Notes: generated by a model from the letters alone, not told the origin. A stretch of DNA of 64,000 nt from Nemertoderma westbladi (GCA_032718475.1 JAUCBJ010009083.1:1-64000), one strand, 5' to 3'; positions 35,701-46,600 are shown, counted from the stretch's first letter. Program-made: numbers and translations.

Positions 35701-36870
35701 ATAAGAATCAATAGATGTTTCTTTATAAGATACATCTCCTGATTGTAATTTCTCTAGATAGAGTGCAGTGTAGGTGCGGCACATTTCCCGATATTTCTTA
35801 ATATTATCCCATGACCTCATTCTATAATTATGATGAACAGTTTCCTCCAATATGGAATTATATGCATACTTCCACCATCTAGATGCATTGTGTGAAACTG
35901 GCACTGATGGACGCCATTTACGATATTTAGAATTGCGCACCATCCGTTCAAGATATTGTACAAAGTCCATAAAATGTTGATATTGACGACAACTTAAGGA
36001 AATTGAAACATCACAGATATTGAGAGAAATCTGCAGTGTCGGTATTTCCAAGTTATTGGATGGCTTCAAATTAATAGTTAATTTGAGATCGAATGTCAAA
36101 GGATGGAGTACATAGTTTGACATGTCAGCAGCATGAGCTCCTCCATTTTCAGTATAACTTCGCAAATCCTCTAATATTCTACAAGTATTAGTAGTTTTAC
36201 TGAAATGAACTGTGGTCGAATTCCAGTAGCAATACAGCCCCTCAAGGCAGATTGATTTGTAAACAACATCTACAACTCTTGGAGAATTTTCGTTTCCTAT
36301 TACTCCATCACTATCTTGAGTTTGAAAACTTAACTGATGCAGTACAATACCGAAACTAAATGGAGTTCGGGAACTAAATGTGTCTTCATATCGAATATGG
36401 ATATTACTAACTTGGACATAAAGATTCTTTGTAATGTGCACCATAAGCTTCTCAGCAAATGTATCTCCACTCGCTTTCCCTTCATTGGACTCACGCCGTG
36501 CAGTTTTTGCAGCTTCGATTTTTAGTAATTCTGATTGTTTTAATTCATTTTGATAAGCCTCTTCCTTCTCTTTATTGTATTCAATTGCTGTAGGGGAAAC
36601 TAAAATATACAGTCCATCCAACTCAGCAATTATCGGCTCCTTGAAGTTCGTTAGACTAACCGGGATTTTCAGTGTAAGACTATCAAGATGACCAGTAGTA
36701 ACACTTATTGGCAGATGTAAGTCATCCAATGCAGAAGCCTTCACATTTAGGTCCTTTACAACTAAGCTCCCATCCCAAAAACCATAGTCAACATTTTCAG
36801 AATTAACACTTTCAAGAAATTTGGAGAGATATTTGTTCAAGATATCAGTAATTAAAGATTCAAATACCAT
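26788..36870 (-). CDS. VPS13: VPS13A/C-like bridge-like lipid transfer protein, intronless, copy 1 (3360 aa)
   Basis: Chorein-N start MVFESLITDILNKYL; NIHIRYED; RWWKYA; WEPFIE; VAB repeat YCPYWIVNKTGL; WVSFLDGQQRVL; WWE-like WKPL; LQIDNQL; LGLDVLGNPFGLIRG; ATG2_C-like Gly-rich helices; RVRPPR plus C-terminal PH region. Confidence 0.96.
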   Translation of the reverse strand: MVFESLITDILNKYLSKFLESVNSENVDYGFWDGSLVVKDLNVKASALDDLHLPISVTTGHLDSLTLKIPVSLTNFKEPIIAELDGLYILVSPTAIEYNKEKEEAYQNELKQSELLKIEAAKTARRESNEGKASGDTFAEKLMVHITKNLYVQVSNIHIRYEDTFSSRTPFSFGIVLHQLSFQTQDSDGVIGNENSPRVVDVVYKSICLEGLYCYWNSTTVHFSKTTNTCRILEDLRSYTENGGAHAADMSNYVLHPLTFDLKLTINLKPSNNLEIPTLQISLNICDVSISLSCRQYQHFMDFVQYLERMVRNSKYRKWRPSVPVSHNASRWWKYAYNSILEETVHHNYRMRSWDNIKKYREMCRTYTALYLEKLQSGDVSYKETSIDSYEKLLSVLSITICRIEAEIKYEREQTSKGGVFSWFFGNTSNIIQSRKMDLSEKAQVYQAIGYTEDETVEDLGFPKSYIGYKFDFVLHSIVFRLIDDWHGDSSVSQTVISNQTCSLSYRPSAQAIAATFSVESVIVTGLKIENKIPLIMSKSSTDIANGRSTLITGMIETKPLDGSCDQKIQLNTQSVEVIYDAATVNRIIEMFTPETSLHLEQLQVEILAALRDLQDSTKCGVMNMLQHAKVTDIVIDINPSILIIPENGIYDDGIGSYMVVDMGRLTIVSDVSRRQVIQSKWKALNEKPHDAIFDDLVDTLYDKFNAKLNAVQIFFRKKGDDWHSIRLKTCTYSHLLHQTDFNVDIFQAIDDVGCLPPIKIISKFPCISFNVSDKMLEEIVSITTSIPLPKCPPIHDDGMVLSTFNSSKAGSSCINEVYRSHISGENQTCDYVNLTSHESQNVTMKCEFSIDKLNVKISRYEDDETYKTLIDLEVRSIGLDCTSHDWDSTIDSSIGGIILKNNETGHDRDEVILIDSGFYRNSKTLLNMHYILADRRCPYFQSCYENIEQNIKLNIRQLDLHFHQEVLLNILEFYAKLITKMGDADTTENADGIDEKILLAPLLVHAGDITKGILDKLEATRRRKVDIVALKVEASLDWLYTVFSIDEYEISLFTLSDLSAAVELHGQKMSLNSTLSDIRIYDRSFQATYPQLLSIIGQELFTFHLNIYTPMPQLKGRPPVVDDNFVDMEVYLRTSCLRFVYIHKWVMAMITFLEKFTTAKESIISVYVDATDITASGMQTAYVQTSRIIIDVTVVAPEILIPQKSSSLHCLVANLGKIVAKNEIKSFQTTDISGMQKSKAVVLIDSMDISLSDVKISRVVVNKLLQIQHEVLLLRPIECSLHVNRNLSCSWFNKKPDIEVNEFKLDTVTIDIGQDDMRLILSILNENLNERPAFTSGDKISFASFTSSVGVKHIKQKTRQRRKGKKASKEYHTKQIKVVGTDLAVTNENITPSSSSALLTFMMKSVLICTHDEEINIHEFGMPIIDSVAIQNDFELEKLTSPLIKKQRTLPLHELICTMDSELKTKKLEQIHKYLSKSTKYRSWNVIEKDIGSNTVVRNFHEIVDRLLWAEAGDKSKNFEQRIMLVESSEVRKSPAIVRDSSKAFANLQLGEIAIKVDIKRNSATEISFSFKDINLNDNRHDPKNPTSLFHRSSKENNLNTVVDAKIITMASGDCDINVVINELYICFCIDFIMKLYQLYSLPLIEMEEAMKNGKRRQSNIPEGVPKQAPTTSKRQVHFDPIEDKPLDKKGNVNIVFELKQPEIVLIADYYNTNSYALTLTSDYYGQCVVTSDKVHVQGAVSDFSIQYGPYISEDNETRKEELMDPTSINFVYNQILPNGEKSAEVNFTSGIVINIDSRIIMTLSEIQRSYYKVLDWVVQDPFPPELKDMWIEKEITSNTYWFTKTFVNKTSLDFPNDKAVVTGLNKRIKSSNKPIKENMVIKFNTIVIRLEAFAGTTRVPMIVLHSEVFGELTNWSSDMRFSCKVIANCNIYNEQMCEWEPFIETIEGKRRTRRDLLFEILYEVSSGVVVDEEDSVPEAYKMPEAALNICCEDTIELTLSNTGIHVLGWLLAEYQEAYEGKSNKLLVDSLANRAPFIILNDLGCPIILIIPNILIFRHNSQLSLANLPGGKSVNLPGGKSVMLDLGGAKGSLLNPRGANINHEQYTVSVRIPGYHDVVDIPIGKSSTLYYTTKAENSSETRGLVVEVQASRAMKTVILKSSLQIRNHFPTGFTIFMNNDIREKVKHVGDVEPNATFCVPFDVSEIISALYIKPRPILGKDSYDLSTTPITTDFSRVPGESILCTCPSKNSQEAGLTANISYKVEVVSSVNCESSMIPFRTIHINPVVVLINCMPYHIHYNVSGSKKRNFMPLIPGQKIPLYTAILEMSKLTLHCEDHTGTKHKGVIHLSSKTKKLSTELFSGDFNIGIETIHIGGYIEISVYCPYWIVNKTGLTLEYKISSDNKIISHEPSNRGIVMMSYSAKQLSEEKKLLLRVNGANCSWSSKFSMDAVGSNGAIECKETKGTPLYNIGLEIRMSGFHLSKLLIFSPYFLLLNNCKTPISVSKYWPSSNELQWFTMKPSECSPYWPMGKRAKDLKMTVKALGSKSRTIPFSISNQDYICLKDVNPNIGGIVVNVQVSDCATTVSFSDYTNGAAVALLVNSSSVNLYYTQSGVASNRAELLPQKAILYTWDDPCSKRELECELLKNKIKSDLLSDGFGTLEMDDNLDVFWVSFLDGQQRVLMFTNDLVQVTHARHTNELNHVQIEYSVQLQGIGISLVNHNHMVDISYISITSSHEVWECKKAGCQWKPLTIKQSEIIEKGYQKFLLNTGTARAEKLGEGIIVNFDKMVMGSANIRRSFQCGIGLQYRQAIYSQQLNFKLNRLQIDNQLNDAIFPVVLYPWPLPKSITNTAIPKPFVEMSLVLRPIEYSNFMEIKYFSALVQEFALKLDQVFIKSLISLFDPDEEDELKDYVKAFANDLTYIQGSLHDSSAIQAVKDDVKNFYNYIHLSPIKLHLSLSLQSSLDQSRLRSYNPINLAMDTFLQTVGVTITGVRDLVFKINAFQQEHKFYSQEALQSDVLTHYKSQVIKQVYVLILGLDVLGNPFGLIRGIGQGVTDLFYEPYQGAVQGPAEFVEGVALGFHSLIGHTVGGVTGACSRITGTLGKGVAALSFDDDFRTKRREHRSDKPTDMKGAVKQGAESLGKGLFQGLTGVVTQPIQGACKGGFKGLMMGAGKGVMGLVTRPATGVLDMASSTFEGIKQVADSADIVKRVRPPRILYQGETIKPYSLEEAAGNCILKDVDGGKFATRTYLCHLMLTPDSRQLLLATDSCVLCARKSIMLENWESIWVYEYMDLVGPPSVGSEGIQFVLKTQTKTLSRFWNVGNKSQGKIVPMPLRDAEAIRGKIERAMRILAKVSQ

Positions 36871-37683
36871 AATGTTTCAGATGTATCACTTAACTTACGT
36901 TTCAATTAACTTTCATGTACTGTTTTTGATTTCAATAGTCAACTTTACATTAATATCAGTATAATACTATATACTGACTCGTATTCATTTTCAGGAACAA
37001 GTTGAGATAATTTTCATAGAGCCACTGGAATATGGTTGCTACTTTACTGATATAGTTGAATAATAAGAAAAGTTAGTTGCAATTTGGTATGTATCAAGAC
37101 CTACTCTACTATAAAACATATCCTGGAATATACTATAATAGTACAGTAGGCCTACATTTCACATTTATAGCATATTTTTGTGACAACAAATCCGGATAAG
37201 CTAGTGTTTTATTCCATATGGGTGGTTATACTGTATTATGTATTATCAGATAGATAGTTTTTTTATATTTATTCCACTACCGGTATTCCACATTGCAGAA
37301 GAGTCTGTGCTGCTATATGTCAGGGCTGTATCAGTGAGTACCGTAGGCCTACAACCAAGGCTTACTATATACAAGGCCATGCCATCGAGTTATCTCGTAG
37401 GTATTATCGTAAGTATAAAGTACGCCTTGCCTACAACACGACATGAACACCAAAAATAAATGTGTTTTTAGTGATTTATTATTATTACTGTCTAATTATG
37501 ATTTTTCGTCTTTATCATAGTCAGTGGTAAATAATGTAATGTAGATAATGACAATGTCTAGTATTTCAGCATTTTTACAAGGTAGGCCTACATAGCTAGT
37601 GCTTTTATGTTTGTTGTCATTTCGAAATTTGTGTCTTGGACTTGTTGCTGATCACACGACCAGACACTTATGTTGCTGCAAGT

Positions 37684-39124
37684 TGGTACTTGTGTAGTAT
37701 GCGTACACCCCCCACCAAATTTTATCTACAGTACTAGTTAGTTTTTGTGAATTTCTTTTTTTGAACTGTACCAGAACATGTTCTAGCTAATTTATTTTGA
37801 AAAAATTAACGTTCTAGAACAAATATTTTTTGTTCTAGAACATTTTGTAGATAAAAGCCAGGTTTGTATTTAAAAATAATGGGATGGTTATAAAACGTGT
37901 ACAAAATAAATAAAATATATTTTTTTAATATTATGAAATTTTTCAATTCAATTATATTATGATGATAGTTAGTAAGATTTATGGTAGCTAATAAATTTTA
38001 ATTTATTAATCAATAGACTTCGATAGAAAAATAGCTTCGTATATTCCAGACATTACAAGTACAGTACAGGCCACCAGAAAAAGCAGATTTCATCCAATGT
38101 GATCACATGTGAACACATTTGTTCAAGTCATCTGATTGGCAGGTTATGGCGAGTTATCTTCTAGATCACACAGCAGGAGGCTAACTTGCTGGGACCGACA
38201 AAGGCTTTGTGTGCGGTGCGCCTGTAAGTCTGATATCAGGTAGATGAGAGAGCACCCAGGGCGTAACATTGCGGACATGGGCTGTATTGGTAGAGAGAGA
38301 ACTACATACAAGACCACATGGAGGTTCATGGAGTGTATGAGAGTGGATGGAGGAGCCTAGACCATTGAATAATTAATTTAGTGCAGGGAGATGTCGCGCC
38401 ATTAGTCTGACACCGAGAGGGCACAGAAGATGCCTTAACATCACTAACTATAGGCCTACTAGACACTATTAACCGCACACTATAAAGGTAAACAAAATCC
38501 TTATCGCATTTCCAGCTGCAGTGAGTGACAGTTCGCGGCAAACTACTGAGAGTTTCCAGATTACTAAGCGTTTCAAAAGTATTCAATTGTATCCTTTGGC
38601 GAAAAAATTTTGGTTGTTGCCAATTCAATTATGTTCAATTATGTTCAATTGTCCCGTTCAACAACATTACATTACACTGGTACACATTTGATAAAATGTG
38701 TTCACAATTGTACAAATCTGCGTTTTCTGGTGGCCTGTACTGTAATATAAAACAATATGACTAGAATCTCTATTATTTGACTTATTTTTATTTGTTATTG
38801 ACATAACTGCGATAATTTCCTATTCTATACACTTAAATATAGCTAGCTAATCGAAAATGTATTAGTTTCAATGTTCTAGAATAATGTTGCCAGAGATTCA
38901 TTAAAATTCTTAAATGCTGTTGATATAACGAACTCATAAGATTGTAATATAAACCTTGTTTTTTTCCTAAAAGATGTTATAGAAAAGAATATTTGTTCTA
39001 GAACACTATTTTTTTTATAAACAAATAGCTAACAATTTCTAGAACAGTACAAAAAAAGAAAATTTCAAAAACTAATAAGTACAAAAACTTTGGTGAGGTG
39101 TGTACGCATACTGCACCAGTACCA
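37684..39124. mobile_element. foldback element with diverged long inverted arms (GTTCTAGAAC family)
   Basis: TGGTACTTGTGTAGTATGCGTACAC at the left versus GTGTACGCATACTGCACCAGTACCA at the right; the arms can be followed for about 160 bp. No clear TSD. Confidence 0.7.
38062..38742. mobile_element. pogo/Tigger-like MITE, 681 bp, nested in the foldback element
   Basis: TA|CAGTACAGGCCACCAGAAAAAGCAGATTT ... AAATCTGCGTTTTCTGGTGGCCTGTACTG|TA. Confidence 0.9.
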
Positions 39125-39967
39125 GATTATTTAAACGCAAATGACATTATTTAAAGTAATTATAAAAAAACAATTTGTGGTACTGTACTGTATTTTAAAA
39201 ACACAATAGCTACGGTACCTTAGAAAAAAGTAAATACCATTTAAAGCACTAGTTACCACACACATTTAAAACATATGCTAGCCAATAGATCAATAGACCA
39301 AAACAGGATTTTTTGGTATTATATTAATTTGATTTTTTGGTGGCACTACTATGTTTTCAAAAACTTCTTCAAAAACTATGCCTTCAAAAAAATTCAAAAT
39401 AGCTAGTTTTTGTTACCTTATTTTTTAAAAATGTTCTAGAATATATTGTCTATTCATTTTCTTTATTAATTTTGTTCTAGAACAAATAATTGTTATTCTA
39501 GAACAAATAATTGTTGTTCTAGAACAAAATTAATTAATTCAGTTTTTTGTTGTTATCAAAGCTAGTTTTTCTTAATTAAAAAAAAGAATGTTCTAGAACA
39601 TATGTGGAGGTGCATATAGAAAGGCGTTATTCGCAGAAACCATGTTTCTGAGAAAAACGCATTTAACCCTTTCGCGCCTAATTCCAAATTTTATGTGTTC
39701 CTCAAAAACCGTCACAATTCCTCAAAATCTGTGGTCAGTTTGTCTGTCAAGACTTAAGAAAGAATAAAATCTACTAACACATTCTCGCTCTGGGGGTTTT
39801 AAGGGTTGGTGATTTCATTTCTAATGTCAGTTTTTACGACTGACCAACTTTAGGCTGTCTGTGTCTGTTTGTATGACTGTCAGTCTGACAGTCAAAAAAT
39901 GAGGAAGCATATTATGTAATAAAAACATTCTCCATGGGGGTTTTCCAGGTCGCTGATTTCATTTCAG

Positions 39968-41960
39968 GGCACTACTACAGTATGTGTACCCATGACCGGG
40001 ATATTTTTGTAGTAGCTAGTTTTTGCTTCTTTATTTTTTTTAATGTTCTATGTCATATTAGCTATAGTTTTGAAAAAAAAAAATGTTCTAGAACAAATCT
40101 TTTTTGTTCTAGAACATTTTTTTTAAAAATTTATAATTCCTAATAATACACCTTAAAATGTTAATCTGTTGCCTGTAAATACTTCAAAATATTATTCTAG
40201 AATGTTTTTTAATGTTTACAGAAGTACAGTCCCTATCTCATTCTGAATATCATTTCTCAAACTGGGTATCATTTCTCAAACCTTTTACTAATGATAGTCA
40301 ACGGAGAATTTCAGTAGGTAAGACTGGGTAAGAGTTGAGAAATCAGAAAGATGCAGCCAGCTCAATCTAACTCAAACTAGAGTCTGGCGCCATGGTTTGA
40401 GTTTGGTTGACCCCCATGTGCCATACTCAGCATTACTGTTCCTGTACGGGATGGATAATTACTTTGGTTGAATGATGCACCACATGGGGAAGGGGCCTCT
40501 GTCTGCTGCTTGGGCTCCTGAGTTAATGGGTTGAATTACATAAGCTGGGCAGGCCGGCTTGCAGTGTGTCTCATAAAAGACATGTCAATCAGACAGTTGC
40601 TTTGTGGTCTTTACTAAATGTATGTTGTTAACTAAACCACACTGGCTCGGTCTGTTTGTAGAGAGAGTTTTAATTCTGGGAATATTGTTAGGGGAAATTG
40701 CTGCTCTGTTGTCTTTTTTATGTCAATTGGTGCCTTACAAGACATATCAGTTAAAAAATATAATGGTTAATTAAGAATTATTACTGTAGTACATATGGGA
40801 CCTCGCACCACCACCACACCTCCCATAAATATGGCCCTGTCTATAATTACAGAGGTTTCCTCTGGCCCCTTTGCCCGGTATACCCACACCCAGATGTATT
40901 GCGAATAATTGTGTTGATGATTGTAATAGAGAATTAAACATTAGTAAAACATTAAAGTTAAGCATTAGAAACATTCAACACCATTGACAATGTAACTAAC
41001 AGAGAATTAAACATTAGTAAAACATTAAAGTTAAACATAAACATTAGCGAAATATACGCGAAATTAAAATAAAGTTATAAAATTGGTTGGTTATATTATA
41101 TGGTTATATTTTAATGTAAAATAACGTTAAAATGTTATGAGTCATACATACTTAATAAATGTAATAAAAAAATTAATAAATCTTCAGTTTAATAATTTAG
41201 ATATTTTTTTTTATTTTTTTTTTATTCTGAAATTAAAAAATAAATTGAGTCACTGAGTCTGCAAGTTAATTCTCGCTGTCTACCGGGGTTAATTACAGAC
41301 AAACAAATCAAGTTAAGGGAATGTTATAGCAGCAGGAGACCATCAAGTACCCGTAGGCAGAGTATAAACAGAAGCGAGTGGGCCATTAAACACAGACAGC
41401 TTGTTGTATGAATGCTACACAGTGCACAGTAGGGGGTTACGTGAGTTTGAGTTGGGTTTTGAGTAAACCAGACAGGTTTGAGTTAGTAAGAGTGAGGTAA
41501 GAGAAAAGGTACCCAGTTTGAGAAACGGTATCTAGAATGAGATAGGGACTGTAGTTTCACTTTAACTGTTTTCATTAAATAAAATGCCACGTCACGAAAA
41601 AAAGAGCTCTAAAGATCCAAATATTATTGAGATTTCCAAAGAATAGTATAAAAGAAAAGTATATAATTTTGAAAAAACATTTTTATTTTAATAATAGCTA
41701 ACTTGGAAAATCACTAGCTAGCCTGATAATATGTATTTTTTAATGTTTATAGATAAATAAACAATTTATTACACATAATAATAAATTTTTAATAAATTAT
41801 TTTATATAAAAATGTTCTAGAACAAAAAATATTTGTTCTAGAACATAATTTTTTTACCTAACAATAGCTAACATGAAATAGAATAGTTCTAAAAAAAAGT
41901 AGCAAAAACTAGCTATAGTAAAAAAAATATGGTCATGGGTACACATACTGTAGTAGTGCC
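39968..41960. mobile_element. Mutator/foldback-like element with a 9-bp TSD
   Basis: 30-bp perfect terminal match GGCACTACTACAGTATGTGTACCCATGACC, with arms extending about 160 bp. TSD TCATTTCAG at 39959-67 and 41961-69. Confidence 0.9.
40227..41551. mobile_element. Tc1/mariner-type non-autonomous element, 1325 bp (innermost layer of the nest)
   Basis: TA|CAGTCCCTATCTCATTCT...TTTCTCAAACTGGGTA at the left and TACCCAGTTTGAGAAA...AGAATGAGATAGGGACTG|TA at the right. Confidence 0.88.
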
Positions 41961-42244
41961 TCATTTCAGATGTCAGTTTTTACGACTGACAAACTCTAGG
42001 ATGTCTGAATGTATGTATGTATGTTTGTCTGTCAGTCTGTCTGTCAAAAAGTAAGGAAGCATATTATATATACTGTCACAGTGTGTCGTGAGTCGAGCAG
42101 GCGTGAAAACTGACATCATAAATGAAATCAGAGACCTGGAAAACCCCTATGCGAATGTTTTTATTACATAGTATGCTTGACAGACAGACTGACAGACATA
42201 CATACACGACACAGACATCCTAGAGTTGGTCATTATATGGCTGG

Positions 42245-42490
42245 CAGCACTTTTCGTGCACCATATTGGGTGCCAAAAAGTGTAATTCCTCACATCTGGG
42301 TAACCCTAAAACATGTTCCATTAGAATCAGCGTCCCAAAAAACCCCAATCTACATGAAATTTTTGAAGATCTACTGCTTTTGGCTACCAGCACATTTCGT
42401 GCACCATATTGGGTGCCAAAAAGTTCAATTTCCCACATCTGGGTAACCCTAAAACATGTTCCATTGTAATCAGCACCTCAAAAAATCCCA
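42245..42490. repeat. 143-bp tandem repeat, about 1.7 copies
   Basis: CAGCAC(T/A)TTTCGTGCACCATATTGGGTGCCAAAAAGT starts at both 42245 and 42388. Confidence 0.9.
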
Positions 42491-43105
42491 TATGGCATTG
42501 AATAGCGATCGAATATCGTATCTGCAAAATATGTCGTTATTTTTTTTGTTTGACACCATGAAACTGATATTTCACAGAAACCGCACCTGTTTATTTCAAA
42601 TTTTCGTCACTTTTAAAAATCGAAATACATTACAAAAATATACCATCTGAAAGAGCAAAAAATTCTCTATCAAATAGGGCAATAAACTCAATTTTGATTT
42701 TTTGACGAATAACGCCTTTCTATATGCACCGCCACATTTTTATACTCTATTCATTATTATAAAAAGTAATGTTTTAGAATAAACATTTTTTGTTCTAGAA
42801 CATTTTAAAAGAATTTGTTTTTTGTAGTGTTTTTTATTTGATTTGTGTCATAAAACAATTACTAACAACTGCAAATTTTCATTGTAGCTAGTGATTTTAA
42901 TTAAATATGTGATATGATACAAAGATAACATAGAATAAAAAATTAACAAAATTAACAAATTAGCTAGTTTTTTTTTGTTCTTGAACAACAAATGTTTGTT
43001 CTAGAACAAAATTTTTATATTAAATGAATAAATAATATGCTCTAGAACATCAGAAAACTAGCTAGCATAAAAAAATTATTCAAAGATAACATAAAAAAGG
43101 CTAGT

Positions 43106-43604
43106 GTTCCGAATGCAGTCGCATTTGATATTTTGATATTAATTAATGAAATGATGTACTTTTTGCATAGTAATATTACAACTGACTTCATTGCAACATT
43201 TTAAAAAATATATATTTTGTTCTAGAACATTAGCTAATCGACTAGTTAGTAATTTTTCAAAACATGTGATTTATTATATTTTTTGAAATTTCTAAAAATG
43301 CTGCTATTATTTTGTGTTCTAGAACATTAGTAGATATGTTTTTTTATGGTAGCTAGTGTTTTTTTTACTAGCTAGTATTTTTTGTAATTATAAAAAAATG
43401 TGAAAACATTTATATTTCATGTTTAAACTGTTGAATATATTAATGACTTGAAAAATGACTAGCTATATTTTCTAGAACATTATATTTTTTATTTTATATT
43501 GTTGTTCTAGAATAGTGTATAATAATTATATTTAGTTCTAGAACTCTACAATGTTGCCATGGTAACAATGATTTAGGTTATAAAAATGCGACTGCCTCTG
43601 GAAC
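43106..43604. mobile_element. degenerate small inverted-repeat element, GTTCTAGAAC-rich
   Basis: GTTCCGAATGCAGTCGCATTT versus AAATGCGACTGCCTCTGGAAC. Flanked by diverged direct repeats at about 42935-43080 and 43615-43755. No TSD. Confidence 0.5.
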
Positions 43605-46600
43605 TGTTCCTATAGAAAATTAAAAAGGTTAACAAATTAGCTAGTTTTTTTCTATTTTTTATTCTAGAACAAAATTTTTATATTAAATGAATAGATATGT
43701 TCTAGAACATATTTTCAAAAAACTTTCACAAAAACTAGCTAGTATAAAAAATTGGACGGAACGCTGCAAAGTAATCAATAACATGGAAACAATTTCAATT
43801 ACCTTCCAGAATGTATTCCAGAATGTATTATTTCCTTTTATATTAAATGCGGCTTCTTTATTTAATAAAGCAGCACGTGTTTGCATAATGCGTGCGTACA
43901 GTTTAAAGTGACGGGACTAGCTACTGTATGTAAATAATTGTTTAACGTGTAAGACAGATTTATCACATCCATGCAGGAGATAACTTACAATAAACTTTAA
44001 TTAGATTTAAATGTAATTAATACTGTGTAGGCCTGCCTACCTGTTAATAAATTTCACTTATATTTGATATAGTACTAGTACATGATTAAAATGTTTAAAT
44101 AAGCATCCATAAATCCTTTCTTAACATACCGAACGCTGATAAGTTGACATAATGTAACAAAATTACATACATCATTGCTTGCAAAGGTAACTTTTCAGCG
44201 TTAAAGACCCTTGTTTATTAATCCCGCCCAATATTTAATTTTAATTTAATTATCCCGCCCAATAACTGTTTATATGTGATCTGTTTGTAGCTTTGCGATG
44301 ATTGGATTACATAAATCCAGTAACTGAGTAATAAAGGAATCGATAATTATCATTGTAAAATTATTATTATTATAAAGAGAATTATATAATAGCACAACAC
44401 ATGGAAATTTGTTTTAGTAAACCCTACAACTACATAGTAACTAGTGCGGCTCACGAAGGTCTAAATGAACATTTCTGTAACCGATTTTCTCAAATTATTT
44501 CCGGATCCTGAGATAAATCACATAAATAGAATTTAAAAGCAACAAAATGTTAATTCCCTTTTTCAAAAAGCCGATAAGGATCAAATTTTGGTAATAAGTT
44601 TTTGTCACTAATTTCAACTATTCTGTGTGAATATTCTAAGCGTATGAGCGACTACAGAAATAACTGCAATAGGCATACAGGGCATGAGACAATTAATACA
44701 TCATATATACAGAATAATTAATGGATCTGAATGTTCTCGGGACCCGGAAATAGTTTTGAATTTAAAAGACCTGAATGATATCGGAGATGTCCCTTAGGGG
44801 CTCCACAAACTGTATATAAATAATAGATCATACTTTTGAAATTGATTCTAAAATTCTAAAATATACCTACTATGAAATTATACACATGTAAACGATCGAT
44901 ACTGGTACCGACTGAAATTATTTAACTTTTTAAAAATTTCCCTGCCTTTTCTTGGACCGCACACCTTTATCAGATAATAACATGAATAACATTGTGTATT
45001 ATTCGCCTGTTCACATTTGTGCCAAATCTTGCACCAAATAAAATACAAGTACCAATACAAATAACAAGTTGATGCAACAGCATTGCAATTTGTAACACCA
45101 TAAGATTACATTAATTAGTGTCATATATAATAAACAATGAGAATAGTCCGCTCAAAAATGTTCAGAATTCTAACAAAAAGGCGCAAAATATAAAATTATG
45201 AATACAAATTAAGTTACAACATTAATGCCATATTTCCAAAAGTTGTTATTACCATAAAATAAGTAGGCTGTAATGACGAAATATTCGAAATAAAAAATAG
45301 CAAGCAAGAAAGGATTTAATATTCAAACACACTAAAAACCCCAAGAACAGTTAAAGAACAGAGATGATAACAAATCAAGATATAGATGGGGAGGGGGGGG
45401 GGGGGGGGGGGGGGCAAATCTCATCTCGTCAAAATGTTAAATTATCAATTAAGGGAAAAGAAAGGTAAAGGTTTTTTTCGGCCGTTAGTACAGGAATTAC
45501 GCACCAAGTCTAACGACTTATTTCCAGTGCGGTCATTCCAGAACTATACTCCCCAGAGGAAACAGCACTCACTTAGCTACCATTTAAGTATGGAAGGCAG
45601 ATGCGCCCCGGCTTGCCATTTAAAGCATTCATGTCGAAACGAAAAATATCCTGGCCCCATGCGGGGATCGCATTTGCTTTGTTTGCTTGAAACATTGAAC
45701 AATAAACAAAACATTTTATTTCTATAATGATTAATAATGTATTGTATTGTTACATATTGTATTTCTATAATGTATTTTCTACGCGATATATTTTCCCAAT
45801 ACCGAGTGGCGCTAGCGATGCTAATATTATCGTGATATTTTCTACAAAAAATGACAACCTTGTAAGCCGAGGATAGCACAGTATTAAGTACAATAAAATG
45901 GTGGCTAATCAACGGCCTTTGTATCTTACTAACCAAGACTACTGTTGATAACAATGCCAGTAAATATAGGCTTGTATTTGTATGTATAGTGTATGTATAT
46001 AGAGAAGTACTACTATATAACACTATAACACAGATACATTGCATTGCATATTATAGCATATATATATGAATGTGAATATTTCTAGTAATTTTTAGTTTTA
46101 CTTCAAAAGTGTAACATAACTAAGAGATTGCTGTTGAAATAACGCAAAATGAAACATTATGTGTTAAAAAGTGTAAAATTATTGGTGGAATTTCTCAAAC
46201 ATTAGAATATGAAATGAAGCGTCAGTTTCATTGCATAGTTACTCGACCAGAGCTGTAAAGTCTACATTACTTCTCTTTTGAACATTACGTAATGGGATAG
46301 GTTGCCCTTTATATTAACACTTTGAACCATGTCATGCGTTAATATTAAAACGCTTTTATTTGGTTTTAACATTTGCTGTTTGGGCCTACGTTCGAACTCA
46401 TGGCGACCTCAATCCTACTGCTTGTTCATAAAGCCAACATAACAACTAAAGAACGTGTACCGGTATATAGTTGATAAAAGCTGCTTTATTTGTATATTAT
46501 ATATAAATATGAAAACTAAATAGATTTAATTTAACAAAAAGGCCCGCCCCCTACAAGATAATTTACGCTAAAATAGGACTAGCAAATTTATGATAGGCCG

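Larger units (their letters stand above)
39602..42737. mobile_element. TIR element with internal tandem repeats, hosting two nested insertions
   Basis: ATGTGGAGGTGCATATAGAAAGGCGTTATTCG ... CGAATAACGCCTTTCTATATGCACCGCCACAT. The target is AT-rich and the TSD is ambiguous (AT, or ATAT/ATTT). Confidence 0.85.

Noticed and set aside
45386-46044. ORFs of 113 and 155 aa as LINE or gene remnants
   Set aside because: One starts in a poly-G run. Neither shows RT, endonuclease or other domain motifs.
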